Origin: the human T2T-CHM13v2.0 reference genome, Homo sapiens
Direction: 5' to 3' (one strand)
Length of the DNA stretch: 64,000 bases
Assembly (NCBI RefSeq): GCF_009914755.1
Contig: NC_060936.1
The notes below the pieces were generated by a model, which saw only the letters and a list, made by a program, of their open reading frames with translations, made no database searches and was not told the DNA's origin. Positions 15,991-31,199 of the stretch are shown in pieces; the first letter of the stretch is position 1, and every line of letters begins with the position of its first letter. A program made the translations under genes and the position numbers.

Positions 15991-17494
15991 AATTTCCTAT
16001 ATATATTTGGAATCCATAGTTTAGATATCAAATACATATATAAAATATCTTTTAAATGATTATAAATTTGGAATCAATCAGAAAGAGTTGTTGGAAATTA
16101 TAGGAATAATCCTGAAAATGTTCTTATTTTACAAATAAGGATACCAAAACACAGAGCTGGGGTCTTGGAAATTATAAATGGCAGAGTTCAAAGCAGATGG
16201 TAGTTTGCTTGGCTAAATGGTTAATGTTTTTCTCTAGGATATTTTGTCTTAATAGTAGCCGTTGTTTATTATATACTGGATGATTACATAAGTATTTCAG
16301 AGAACCATTAATTTGTATTCTTGGTACATAAGCCAAACAATGTTTTCTTCTACTTAAAGTCACATATTCTAATTCTATGTGTATATGACATATATTATCC
16401 AGTTACAAAAGGAAAATGAAGTTGGTAAGTGGGTGGCTGGTTCACAGCTATATAAACATTATGAATGAGATTAAGTTAAATTTGGGGGTCATTCTGGTCT
16501 CTTACACGTTCTCTGCTTTCAATCTGCACTCATTTTACTGTCATCAGGCAATTTTCTGCCTCCTCTCTAGAAAAACCAATGGCGATATATTTGTAGTAAA
16601 ACCTCAGGAGCCAATTTTATTTTTCACACCCACATATTCTCTTTCTACAGTTACTCTATAAATCTTTGTTTTTCTTGTTTATCTAGAGTTCTCTGACACC
16701 ACACTTCAGCAACTCCTTAAATTTTCTTCCTACTTGGCAATACTTTTTAGAGAATAGCTCTCCAAGGACCATAAGTGTATCTGGGAAATTTAACTGGTGT
16801 GTAGAGCAGCAGAAACTTGGACTCATACCCTTAAAGATTTCTAGCAACAAAGTTAATTGACTCAGAGATATCAGACCTAAGTATGTTTTTTTAAAATAAA
16901 GCTTAGATATTGATAGTTTAAAAAGATTTCAAGTGATTTAGTTGTTTTTAAGGTTATATAACTTAGATGTCATGTCATATTTCTAGTTCCAAGGATAACA
17001 ATTTGATCATCCACATATAAGAGTGTGGAATGATGTTTACATTAGGGTCAGGGCATAGAGTGAGTTCAATTTTGTAAATATTCTGCATTTTACAAATCAG
17101 AATACAATTTCATGTTTGACTGTTAGAGATAAAAGCTAGTATCACAGAGTCCTAAATAGGATTTTTCATGAGTAAGTCTCCAGCTGAAAACAGAGGCATT
17201 CTAAAGATAGCAACAAATAATTGGAGACATTTTTTTCTTCAGGATTTATTAAGAGGCCGTACAGTGAGAGGTGCCACACTCAACCATCAACCACATCCTT
17301 CATTCTGACTATTCCTTGCCAGTTGCAGAGAAAAGAAGGAATAAAAGTATAGGTCATGCTTTTGTTCCTACTGCAAGTCCCTTAAGGCATAGATTTTGCC
17401 TAAGATGGAGAAGGGAATAAATGTGCATATGTGTATGTGTGTAAATTGGAGATTTGCTCTTTTGTTTATAAATCCTTCAGTTTGTATCTTTTTA

Positions 17495-18253
<759 letters not shown>

Positions 18254-19150
18254 TTAAGGACAAAAATATTCTCTTACATAACTGTATAATTACCAAAATC
18301 AGCAATTTAACATTGCTACAATATTATTTTCTCCTTTACTGTCTGTATTAAAGTTTCATTAGTTGTCTTAATAATGCCCTTAATTTTATTTTCATTTTCT
18401 CAGTAGAGGATCTAATGCAGGATCACACAAGGCATTTATTTGTTATATGCCTTTAATCTGGTATAGTTTGTCAGAATTCTTAAAAAATATATATATATAT
18501 TTAAATTTCCATTAGTTATCTTGTAGAATACCTTTTAATATGGGTTTGATATTTACTCATGATTACATTTTTGGCAGGAATATCACAGAAGGGATATTGT
18601 GTCCTGTGGAAGGCCTCATAGAAGAAGCACATGATAATTTGTCAAATATTGGTGATATTAATTTGATCAGGTGGTTAAAAATGTTATCTGCAAAGGTTTT
18701 CTCCTGTGAAATTACTGAGTAATGCATGGAAAGATATTTTGAAACTCTGTAAATATTGTATTCCATGTCACATTTGTGCCTTCAGTCATTTTAACATTCA
18801 TTGATAATGCCATTTCTTCTATGGTTATTGTTTGGCATTCTAATGCAAGGAACAACTCTTATTTATACCTGCATGGCTTCAGGGGTCCTTGTTTCATTCA
18901 ATGAGTTTTAACTCTTTACTGGTACTATTTTGATATTCTAAAGATCTTTGGCCAATTTGAGTACCTTCAAGCTGACATCCATGTACTTTTTATTGCTCTC
19001 AACATTCTTTGGCCACTAATCAGTCTTTTTTCCAAGAGTCCTTTTTTCCCTTAGTCGGGAATGTCTTTTAGAGAGCCAAATTTGGATTCTGAATATGCTT
19101 ATTGTTACTGATATGCCATTGTTATTAAGCCCCTTCAGTGGACAAAGCTA
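18254..19150 (-). mobile_element. L1MC-type 3' region fragment
   Basis: ATTCTCTTACATAAC...TTTAACATTG, TTTGGCAGGAATATCACAGAAG, TGGTGATATTAATTTGATCA motifs. Confidence 0.6.
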
Positions 19151-19279
19151 AGGAATATTCAAATATGTTCTCCCTCTCTCTCCTTATCTTTAGTATATTT
19201 ATTTGGTAAATATAAAACAAATGTAGTTTGGAAATTGATAAATCATGCCATTTTGGCTCCCTCAAGTTTTCAAAATTAC

Positions 19280-19741
19280 ATTCACCCTCTTAGGGTCCTG
19301 ACTGGCCTGGAAAAGTAAATTGACATTTGACTGATTAACAGGAGAAAATCATACAAATTTAATGTCTTATAGACAAAGGAGCATTCATAGGAAAATGAGG
19401 ACCCAAAGAAGATGCTAAACCTATATGCTTTGTGTTAGGTTGTACAAAGAAAGACCATTATGGAAAAGTAACTCAATTACACTGGAGCCAAAGGAAGATA
19501 ATTATTTCAACAAGGTCTGTCTGTACAGAATTTCCTCTGCTGTAATTTCTGATGGAAGAATGTTTCCTTTTTCCTGGAACAAGGAGGACATCTTTCACAT
19601 AGGAATTTTTATCTTCTGTTTTGGGAAGAAAAGGGACAATTAGAATGCCCTCCTTGCATCTGCTGTTTTTCAAGTTGCCTTTACATGTAGTAATTATGTC
19701 AAAGTGACATATTTTGGAGTGGCATGTTCTGCCATCTTACA
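19280..19741 (-). mobile_element. MER34/MER39-like ERV1 solo LTR
   Basis: Ends ATGTCAAAGTGACATATTTTGGAGTGGCATGTTCTG...CA, the reverse complement of the family's 5' end as I recall it. Confidence 0.65.
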
Positions 19742-20800
19742 AAAGCAAATCTCCTAATCCAAAATTGTAGCCCTTTTAAGGTAAAATTTACATAACAAAA
19801 AATGCTGAAATTATAAATGTCCATTTGTTGATTTGACAAATGCAAACATCTATTTAACCCACACCTTTATCAAGACATACCTGAGAAAATTCTGTTCTGC
19901 CTCTTCCCAGTCAGAGAGGATGATTTTAAATCAGACTGGAGATTAGAATTTTAAAATGTACTGAACTAAATTTTAATAACTAAAGTGACTGATGAAATAT
20001 GTTTTTCCCAAGCTATAGTCTGGAAAGAAGAAAATGTTTTTTGTTTGTGTGATTAAAATAATTGGAGAATATAAAAGTATTCTGTGAAGTACACTATTGA
20101 GGAATATGGAATTCTACAATGTTTGAATACAGTAACTCCAATTCTCTCTCTTTACAGATAAGACTACTGAAGCTGAGAGATGATTCAAGCTCATCTCACT
20201 TCCCACAACTTCTTTGTACCGTCAGTAGGGTTAGAAATTATGGATTTTAACACATAACTTGAAAATCATTTTTATCTTTAAACAGACGTCTACGTCAGTT
20301 CTAGTTTAAAAAACAAAGCAGTATACGGGTCATTGGTTCAAGCTGATGACTGTTTAACAAGCTCCAACACAGTCTCATTCAATTTTTCAGTAACATGTTA
20401 TTGGAGACAGAAAGCAAATCAAAATTTACAGCACAAAAGCTCAGACTGACATAACAATGAGAGAGTGTAGAAAGAATTGACATGAATTATAAAGCACATT
20501 GAACTTGTTAATAAGACCTGCTTATATTTCAACACAAGATGAACCTAGAGTTTGCCTCATGAAAAGTGTAGAAGATGTTAACATTACACTTTTTAAACCA
20601 ATTCTTTACTCCTTTTCTATAATAAAATTAAGTGAGGCACTCTCTCATTTGACTTTGCAGCAGGTAGTTCTTACTAGAGTGAGCAAAGTATGTTTTCGTG
20701 CCCAATTTATTTCGAACTTGGCAATATAACTTGCTTTGGCCAAAGGAATGTGTACAGATGGGACAGTATAGTACTTCCAAGCCAAGATTTTAAGAAGCAC

Positions 20801-21226
20801 ATTGTCTTCATCTATTTGTGTTGCTCTAAAGGAATTCCTAAAACTGAGTAATTGATAAAGAGTAAGAAGTTTATTTGGCTCATGGTTCTGCAGGCTGTAC
20901 AAGAAGAATGGCACTAGTATCTGCTTTTGCTGAGGGCTTCAGGATGCTTCTACTCATGGTAAAAGATGAAGCAAAGCCCACATGGCAGAGATTACATGGC
21001 GAAAGAGGAAGCAAAATAGTGAGAGGGGAGATGCCCAGCTTTTTCTAAAAAACAGATCTCATGGAAACAACAGACTGAAAACACACTTATTACTGTGAGT
21101 ACAGCACCAAGCCATTCATGAGGGATCTGCCTCCATGACTCAAACACCTCCCATTAAGCCTCACCTCCACCACTAGGAATCAAATTTCAACATAATGTTT
21201 GAGGGATGAACATTCTAACTACAGCA
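20801..21226 (-). mobile_element. MSTB-like MaLR solo LTR nested in an older MLT1 (about 20700-21435)
   Basis: TTTATTTGGCTCATGGTTCTGCAGGCTGTACAAGAAG, GCCATTCATGAGGGATCTGC, ATCAAATTTCAACAT motifs. Confidence 0.85.
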
Positions 21227-22344
21227 CATACTGTATTTACAATTGCTCCATTTTTACTCATACCACTCTACACAAGGATGGCATGTCCAAGCAGGGGAGG
21301 AGACACATGGAGCATACCTGAAGCAAAGTCTCTCCAGTTGACCAACAGATCAAGGAGAAAGCAAAATGAATGATGTTGCTCTAAGTCACTGAAATATTGA
21401 GTAGCTTATTTAACAGTAAAAACAGACTAATGCACAGAGATTACCTAGAAATGTGCAAGGCTGGGAAACAAATTCTGATTTAGGGACACAAAGTATTTCT
21501 TCTTAGTTCTCAATAGTTATTTGGTGAAGAGGATGGTATATTCTTTACACTATATTTTTTTCAGCCATCCCTGCAAGGAATGCTGCAGGCAGAGACTTCA
21601 GATTAAAACAAAAACAGAATTAGCGGGAGGTTTGAATTGGTGAGAGGAACTGATGTGTAGTTCAGGAAAATCTAAGAAATGTAGGCACCAGGAACACAAG
21701 ACTTTCTTTAGATAAGTGCGCCCCATGAATACTTTGATAGTAGAGTGTGCTAGGAATTGTATTTTGTCGTATACTATATCTGTCTATAACAGAAGAAAAT
21801 CATAAGACAGAAGTAAAATACCACCTGAGTAGGGGCAAAGCTGATTAAATCTAGTTAAAGATGAAGATTTAGACTGGGGGAATTTAATTTGCATTTTATC
21901 TACAAAAAGACCACCATACAAATGAAGTGAGATTGAGATCAAGAAAAATTTATGGGCCCTTCTGCTGGTAAACACTACTTCTAGACAGTTGTTTTCTTAA
22001 CTGATGATCAGTGAAGAGAAAAAGCAATACAAACATCATAGAACTCACCCGTGAAAAGTGCTCTGGGGCATGAGGAAAGATATTGGAAAAGCACTTCATA
22101 CACTCAAAGGGAAAAGCATCTCTTAACGTATTCTACTATTAAATACAAAACCATCTCCAGAAAACCATTTGATAAACTCAATATAAAAAATTATAAGCAA
22201 GGAGGGGGATTAATGAAAGATATAACACCACAGAACTGGGTAAAAGGGTAATGATATGAGATGTGTGTGTGTCATAGTAAAATACAAATTTGGAAAATTA
22301 ATGATATACTTTTTTCAAAGCATATACCACAACTTTAAGTGCTA

Positions 22345-22465
22345 TTTATTGTTTAATGGAGGCAATGTCTCACTATGTTGCCCAGGCTGTCCTCAAAATC
22401 CTGGGCTCAAACAATCCTCCTGCCTCCGAGTAGCTGGGACTACAGACCCACACCAATGCACCCAG
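22345..22465 (-). mobile_element. FLAM / Alu monomer
   Basis: Single monomer GTCTCACTATGTTGCCCAGGCTG...CCTGGGCTCAA. Flanks TTTAAGTG(C/T)TA. Confidence 0.8.
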
Positions 22466-23944
22466 TTTTAAGTGTTAATATTGCTGAATATTTTAGTGGT
22501 TTCCATGTTTTGAAATTATAAGTAAGGTTTTAACTTCTTGATAAATAACATGTTCCTATTTTCATTATTTCCTTATGTTATGTTCCAGAAATTAGGTATT
22601 TTGGCCACAGATTCTTAAATTTAGAGATACTATTTGACTTCTAAATGTTTATTCATGTCTCTTATGGTATACTGCCTGCCTCTAAATATCAGCAAATTGC
22701 TCTCTTAAATAGTTTTATTATTTTATACTCTATTAACAATACAATTTATTGGGCTTTAACCATATTGAGTATTTTAATTGTTTTATTTAGGAATTGATAG
22801 AATTATAGTCTCTGGCAACCATTTCTAGAAGTACTGGGGAAGATATACTTTCTTATACTCTGAAGCTAGGAGGCCACAGTGACCAAGGACCCTAACTGGG
22901 GCATAATAAAACTAACACAGAGAAAAGAAGAGACAGGTTTGGAGAAAATCCAAATTCTGATGACCTCATCTAAATTCTAGCATTTTATATTACATGTCAG
23001 TAAATGCCTTTTTTTGTTGTTGTTAAAGCAGTTTGAGTTGGATTTTTGCAACTTACAAAAGAATGATGTATCTTTACTAACACATAGGTAAATGGTTCTT
23101 TTCATTTCTTTATCAGACATGAAGTATATTTTAAACATTTTTAATCCTACTTGCAATTTGTGATAACATTTTCAGCTGTGCTACATATACTCAAGTGTAT
23201 ATTAGCAATCTAAGCATTTCTGAGTTTTTGATATGAAATCGACATAGAAATCCTTGCAAGCAACCTGAAGGTGCCTTCTATTTTCAATGTTAGAAACACA
23301 AATCTGATACCCATGTTTTGGGATTGTTTTGGTGTTTTGTTGTTTTGCTCTTGTAAACTGTGCATGCAATGCCTGGCTCTCTAGTAATGAAGAATATGTG
23401 GATTTTATTCTTATTTCTTTTTTTCACATGCAGAAAAATAAATTATAAATTTAACAGTAAAAAAATAAATGTTCTGCTTCCTAAAACAGCAAATTTATTT
23501 TGTCATTTCCATTGATATATTTGTAAACAATTCTATCATTTATTTTAAAAAAATAATGTATTCCACTTGAAATAGGATTTTTTTTGTTAAAAAGACCAAA
23601 TAACTTTAAGAAAGTCTCAGATACATGCTTGTATTTGAGCTATTTATATTTTTTGTAGAGAGAAATATTTTGGGATTGGTGTTTCCAAATGTATTCATTC
23701 ATTTAGATCCCAGATACATTTGCACATTTCAGCTATACTCATTTTTTCTCAAAATTTCATTCAAATGCAATACCAATATAAATGTGTTTCCATCCAAGAT
23801 GTTTACAAACTATCTGTAATGATCTATTAAAAATAAATAATAAACTTCCTGCAAATCTGGACAGAAATTTTAGAGCTCGAAAGACCAAGAAAAGTATCTT
23901 TGTACAGTTTCTATCACATTTCTTTTTACCTTCTTTTTGTAGAT

Positions 23945-24158
23945 CAGGGGTCAGCAAACTTTTTTTGTAAAGGATCAGATAACTAATACTATAGACTTTG
24001 TAGGGTAGAGGGTCTCTGTCACAGTTACTCATTTTTTCTGTTAAAAACAGCCATATAAAGTATGTAAGTAACTGTGTGTAGCTGTGTACCAATCAAACAT
24101 TATTTACCAAAACAGGCAGTGGTCCAAATTTGGCCTACCAGCTGCAGTTTTCCAACCC
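23945..24158. mobile_element. MER58A (hAT-Charlie MITE)
   Basis: CAGGGGTCAGCAAACT start, AAAACAGCCATA...AAAACAGGCAGTGG core, CCAACCC end. Confidence 0.8.
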
Positions 24159-24682
24159 ATTTTGTAGATAGCTAGTTTTTTCAGTGGCAGTGTACGTAGG
24201 AGATATTAGGGAATGCTGCTGCTTTAATAATTGCAGTAGTTATAGATTTCAAGTATCTATATCCATAATTCTTCCCCTCAAGACAGAGTATTGTGATACC
24301 TTTTTTTTTGGTTAAAACAATATGCAGATAAGGTGCTCGATTTTATCAGTATAAAAATTTAGTTTACCTTGATCTCTAGTAAACCAGAAGTTTTCATAAA
24401 AGTAATTGAATTATGGACATTTTGAAGAAACTATTTTTTAAGAATTAGTCACATAGAAGGTTAGTTCCAGGTGAAGCAGCTAAAATCACTGTAGCTAAAG
24501 TCAAGAAATGGGACTTCTACACATACACTATCTAAGTGTTTTATGTGATTATTATCCATAAGAAGGAGGCTAAAGGTAAGAGGGGCAGAAGAGAAAGACA
24601 CTTGCAATCAGCCTTGGAAGTCAGCTGATCAGAGAAACATGAGCATTAAATCACCAAAAGAAGTAATTTCTAGGTAGAGAAC

Positions 24683-25122
24683 TGTATTAGTTTATTGTGG
24701 ATGCGTAATAAGTTACCACAAAAAGTGTAACTTAAGACAACAAAAGTTTTCTCACAGCTCTGGAGTCCAGAACTCTGAAATTCAAGTGTTGACAGGATCA
24801 TACTCTCTCTAGAGGTTTTAGGGGAAAATCTACCCCTTTCCTCTTTCAGCTTCTGGTGTTGCCAGTATTCCTTGGCATGTAGCTGCACAACCTGTCTCTG
24901 CTTTCACTTTCAAACAACCTTCATGTGTGTGTGTGTAAAATCTCCCTTTGTAGTCCCTTTATCAGGATGTATGAAGGCACTTAGTACCCACCTACTTAAT
25001 CAAGGATAGTGTCCTAATCTCAAAATCCTTAATTTCATCTGCAATCTTTTTTCTCAAACATTCACTAGATTCAGGGATCAGGGGAGAGATATATTTTGGG
25101 AATTCCTTATAAGCCTGCCATA
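24683..25122 (-). mobile_element. MLT1C-like MaLR solo LTR
   Basis: TGTATTAGTTT...TTACCACAAA...TTCTCACAGCTCTGGAG...TCTAGAGG...TTCAGCTTCTGGTG. Confidence 0.8.
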
Positions 25123-25260
25123 AGTATGATGACCTCTTACACAGAAAATGAATAATTAGAAAATGTGAACGTTAAAAACTGAGTAGTAAGTCCTCCCTAG
25201 GGTGGGTAAGATCAGAGGGAAATATTTTCTAAACTACATATTTAAATTGAAGATGACTCA

Positions 25261-25620
<360 letters not shown>

Positions 25621-26162
25621 TAAATATTAAAAGTAAAAGTGAAGAAAAACAGATAAGGGATTTATGGTAACCTTAACATACAAAATATAATGGTTATAAC
25701 TTTCAGAAGATAGGAATTTTATTATAAGTACACAATGCTTCTGGCAAAAAACAAAAAAAGCAAAAAAACCTTAAGTGAAAAGACAGCTAGCAAAAAATAT
25801 TTGTCCCATTTTGAACAAGGACAAGTTTTCTTAATATACAAAAGCTGTTAAAATAATTAAAAATGGCAAGGAGCCCAAGGATATTAAAGAAAAGAATATG
25901 AACAAGCAGCTTGAAGAAATAAAAATTACTGTCTCCTCCAGTAAAGAGCAAAAATATGCTTTTCTCTTCAATAATGAGGCAAATGCAAATAAAAAATTAT
26001 TTAGACATCTCTTTTTTCATTATTCACATTGGCAAAAAACTAATATTAACAATATGATCCAACATTGCCGAGCATTAGCTTAGCCAATCAGCTATTCAAC
26101 AAAATAGTACAAGAAATACAACTGTGAACAAAATATATGAGGGAACTTTAAGTCTAGAGTGG

Positions 26163-26587
26163 TGTTATAAACTAAATAATGGACCCCCAAAGATATCCAT
26201 GCCCAAATCCCTGGAACCTGTGAATATTCTACTTTCCATGGTAAAAGAGAATTTGTAAATGTGAATAAGTTAAGTATCTAGAGATGGGGGTATTATATTA
26301 GAATATCTGGGTGGACCCAATGTAATCATAAGTGTTCTTTATAAGAGGGAGTCAGAAGTTGGAGAGATGAGCTTTGAAGATGAAAGAAGCCACTAGCCAA
26401 TGAATGTAGTAGCCTCTTGAAGCTGCAAAAGATGAAACATTCTCGCTTGAAGCCTTCACTGCAGGTGCCTTAAATTTAGTCCCATAAGACACATTTTGGA
26501 CTCTCAGCCTTCAAAAGTGTAAAATAAATTCGTGTTTACCTGCAAGTTTGTAGAAATCTGTTATAGCACAAATAGAAAACTAGTACA
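26163..26587 (+). mobile_element. MLT1D-like MaLR solo LTR
   Basis: TGTTAT...CCCCAAAGATATCCATG...CCCTGGAACCTGTGAATAT...ATAGAAAACTAGTACA. Confidence 0.82.
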
Positions 26588-26641
26588 CATGGGATGTTGA
26601 AATATTAAATAGAATGATTATGCAATAAAAATATCTGAATT

Positions 26642-26959
<318 letters not shown>

Positions 26960-27348
26960 TTATTTTAAAGCAAAGACAATGAAGTTAGAAGAGAAGACAA
27001 GAGAAGTACCTGCTTAGGATGGCTAGGCAAATTTACCCCGAGGAGCTGCTTTTAAAGTGAGGCTTGAAGCATGAACTCTAAGTAACCACAGAGAAAGTTG
27101 TGTTGCAGGTGGGGTTGGTCGAGTAGGTGGGTATTCCAGGTAATGGAACATTTGTAAAGGCCTAATTAAGTAAAAATCCTACCATGTAGAGAGTATAGAA
27201 GTTCTGCTAGCTTAAGTCCAATGTTCCTGAAGTGTGAGGAAGAATAGAAGGCATAAGTTAAGGGAGGTAATAAGGGCCAGTTCATTCAGTTGGAATCATA
27301 CATGTCTGACATGGTAAGAAGTGTGCATCTTGCTTGAATGTCAGCAGT

Positions 27349-27766
27349 TGTTATGGACTGAATTTTGTCCCCCCAAAGTTGATCTGTTGAATTCCTAATT
27401 CCCAATGTGACCAATGTGATTTGGAGATAGGGCATTTAAGGAGGTAATTACGGTTAAAGGAGGTCATAAGAGTGGGGTCCTAAGTCTATAGAATTAGTCT
27501 CCCTGTAAGAACTATCCTTTTTCCCTCTCTGTGCCTCTCTCCCCTACTCCCTCACACCCTCTCACAGTCAGTGCACAGAGGAAAGGCCATGTGAGGACAC
27601 AGTGAGAAAGCAGCCATCTACAAGGGGAGAGGCCTCACCAGAAACCATTCCTGCCGGCACCTTGTTCTTGGACTTTCAGCCCCAGAACTGTGAGAAAATA
27701 AATTTCTATTGTTTAACTCACCCAGTCTGTGGTGTTCTGTTATGGCACTCTAAGCAGGTTAATATA
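27349..27766 (+). mobile_element. MLT1A-like MaLR solo LTR
   Basis: TGTTATGGACTGAAT...GGCCATGTGAGGACACAGTGAGAA...AGAACTGTGAGAAAATAAATTTC. Confidence 0.85.
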
Positions 27767-28187
27767 GCAAGAAAGATTTGATGATTTTATGCAGAGCAAT
27801 AAGAGACTTATATTTTAAAGTGATCACTGTGTTCCGTGGAAAACTGATTGGAGAGTGGACGAGAGGGAACTGTAAGAATATGGGAAAATGATAGGAATGT
27901 AAATTGGTATAGTCATCTTAGAAGTCAGTTTAGCATTGTATATAAGTACATAATATTTGAAAAATTCCATCTAAAGTACTTGACCACAAAAGAATCCAAA
28001 GATACTAATATCAAGATGTTCATTACAGCATTCTCTATAACAGTGTAAAACTGGGCCAATCTATAAAAATGGTTATACAAAAAAATCCCTATTTATAAAA
28101 ATAAACTAATTATGATATAACAGTAGTGTAAAATACAGCAATTGAAAATTTTTTATATTCAAAGTGTGTATATATGTATACACCCAA

Positions 28188-28206
28188 ATACACGCATGCG
28201 CGTGCG

Positions 28207-28246
<40 letters not shown>

Positions 28247-28250
28247 CACA
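28188..28250. repeat. Compound (GC)6(AC)n microsatellite
   Basis: 63 bp of uninterrupted alternating purine-pyrimidine sequence. Confidence 0.95.
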
Positions 28251-30008
28251 GTACTTTCCTGTGAATAAAAATATCTCTTAAAGTATACATAAGACAAAGT
28301 TAATAGTTGTTACCTATGGAAAATGGATTGTGAAATGGTTAGGTGGGTGAGTGAAGTGTATCAGGAAAGTGACTATTGCTTTTCTTTTAAAGAGTTACTT
28401 CTTAACTCTTTAATTTCTTATGAATATATTTGCATTAAATTTATCAATGTTAAACTAATAAAGTATTAACCTTATATATTGGCCTTTTCTACCAAGTTAA
28501 ATTCTTTATATATCTGGCTTTATGTACATTAACTACAAAATAAGTTTGAAATAAATTTTGATTTGTGCACAGACAACAAAACATGTATTTTAGAGGCATT
28601 TGTTAGCCATATAACTATTAAATACAAATGCCTGAATACATAATATGATTTGAAATTGATGACATAAATAATGAAGCAAATGCAATGTACTATATCATTT
28701 TTAATGAATTAAAAAAACTCTAAAGGTACTTTTTATAAGAGGACCTGAAATAGGATGCCTCAGTGTCCAACTGCCTCATTAATCACTAGGAAATTATCTA
28801 TGATCTTCATTAGGGACTTTTTGTACTGCTTTATCATCTTAAATAGAACACATTTCTTCCTTTCTCAAGGCAGTTAATTAAAAGACAAATGTCTTTAAGA
28901 CAATAAAACTTCTACCACATATTTGAAGCAATATAGCCAATGTTATTAAAATAAATCTGTGTCACCCTTAAGCGATTCAGAGTGATCATATCATGGGTAG
29001 TAATGTATTAATTTAATCTGAATTGATTACTCTTATTAATTTTTATTTGCTTTTATCCATTATAATATCCTCAGTATTCTCAACCTTAAGTCATAGTAAT
29101 ATGGGTTGCTATTATTTAAGAACAAAATGTTTTCAAATTATTGTAATAAAATATTTCAAATTATTATAATTCTTCTTTTCCTGACATCACCTCTCATTTC
29201 CTTTATCATAGCACATTTTTCTACACCTATTTTATTCATTTGACTGTTAAACTTCCTCCCTTGTATTGTCTAATTTTAAAGACCCTAGCTTATGTGTGTA
29301 CAGTAAATCTCCAAACAATCTTCATTAAGTTTCTATGAGCCATCTGTGCAGTAAAGTACACTTGCCATATGGCATTATATTGTACTCATATTTTATCTGA
29401 AAATTTTTTCTCACCATTGTACACTTGTTAACATTTGACTGTAAATTATATAGGCCGGGCATTATTTCTTTGTTTTATATCTTTATCCTCCTAGTAGGAG
29501 GTAGTATAATTGGATGTTTGAGGACTCCTAAGGGATGGGAATATGTGCACCTTTATTCTTTCTTCCTGAAATGATTTATTCTTTCAAAATTATGGTATTT
29601 TTATAGTAATTTTAATGTATATAGGAAAGTTGTTAAACTGTCTTTCTGTTTTGGTTCTCATGCTTTAAATTATATAAGAATCATAAATGGGGCCTATACC
29701 TGTCCATACTTCATCTATATACACCTTGACAGTAGGTTTTAATATACTTAAAAATGCATTTAAATTCACTGAACCAATTTATCCTTTTTTCCACCAGTTG
29801 ACTTTATGGCTAGCCATTTCATTTGCAGATGGGTTAAAGTTATGTTTTGTAAAGTCAAAGTTTTGAAAGGAGATATCTGTATTCTATTACACTGTCCCAA
29901 GCTGCCTTGGAAGAGTCCCTTAAAAAATGTAAAACTAGATGCTATCTTGCTATCTTGTGTCTGCTTAATTTAAATGATAGTAATTGGTTTTACTATACCA
30001 CAGCTATA

Positions 30009-30453
30009 TAGACAATCCCCGACTTATAATGGTTCAACTTACAGTTTTTCGGGAAAAAATTTAAGATATTTATTAAAAACCATATTTCAAATTTTGAGCC
30101 TTTCCTGAGCTAGCAGTAGGCTGAACAATAGTCTCAGGTTGCTGGACAGCAGCAGTGAGCCATAGCTCCCCGTCATGCAATTATGAGCAAGAACAGCCAA
30201 TACCCAACAGTATACCATGTTGCCAGATGATTTTACTCAGTGGTAGACTAATGTAAGTGTACTTACATTAGTTTAAGGTAGAGTTTAAGTGTAAGTGTAT
30301 TTACATTAGTTTAAGTTAAGCACGTTTAAGGTAGAGTAGGCTAAGCTATGATATTTGTATGTTAGGTGTATTAAATATTAAACTAAATTTTATGATTGTT
30401 TAACGTATGACAGGTTTATTGGGATGTAACCCATTGTAGTCAAGGAGCATCTA
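30009..30453 (-). mobile_element. MER82-like Tigger-family MITE
   Basis: Terminal inverted repeats (AGACAATCCCCGACTTA / TAGTCAAGGAGCATCT), TA flanks, internal GCTAAGCTATGAT...TTAGGTGTATTAAAT. Confidence 0.7.
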
Positions 30454-30599
30454 TACATAATTTTACTAATGGATAGTCTAAATATCTTAAGCTGTTACTC
30501 ACTATAATAATTTCTCAGATACTATAACCACAAATCTTTGGTAACAACTCTGTATCAAGAGGATTATATCAGGACAAAATTGTAAACTAGATGAGGCCT

Positions 30600-30878
30600 G
30601 GCCAGGCGTGGTGTCTCAAGCCTGTAATCCCAGCACTTTGGGAGGCTGAGGTGGGCAGATCACGAGGTCAGGAGTTTGAGACCAGCCTGGCCAACATGGT
30701 GAAACCCTGTCTCTACTAAAAACACAAAAATTAGACAGATGTGGTGGTGTGCGCCTGTAATCCCAACTACTCAGGATTGCTTGAACCCAAGGGGCGCAGA
30801 TTGCAGTGAGCTGAGATTATGCCACTACACTCCAGCCTGGGCAACAGAGCAAGACTCCATTTCAAAAAAAAAAAAAAA
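30600..30878 (+). mobile_element. AluS with small internal deletion
   Basis: Alu body. TSD TAGATGAGG(C/A)CTG at 30588 and 30881. Confidence 0.92.
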
Positions 30879-31199
30879 GGTAGATGAGGACTGTCTTGAG
30901 CACTCATATATGTCTCTGATTAACCATTTAAAAATCCTTCTTAACTACACTTGATTCTTACATTTTAAACTTGTATATCTTGGATGTTCCTGAAGCTTGT
31001 AAATTTATTTAAGGAAATTCTCAATAGTATATAATCATTAACTGATAAATTTAATTAAAACAATAAGTACGGAAAATGCAGCTGTATTTAAAGGTTTTAA
31101 TTAAAGCATATATATCGGCATTGATTTGCCACTCCTTTGAGTCAAGGCAAAGACCATCTTCCTAAGCATGAGTCTGCCTATTTGAGTTTTGCATGGTCT

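Noticed and set aside
21887-21894. Octamer ATTTGCAT as a regulatory site
   Set aside because: Several copies occur in this AT-rich window, as expected by chance. No supporting context.
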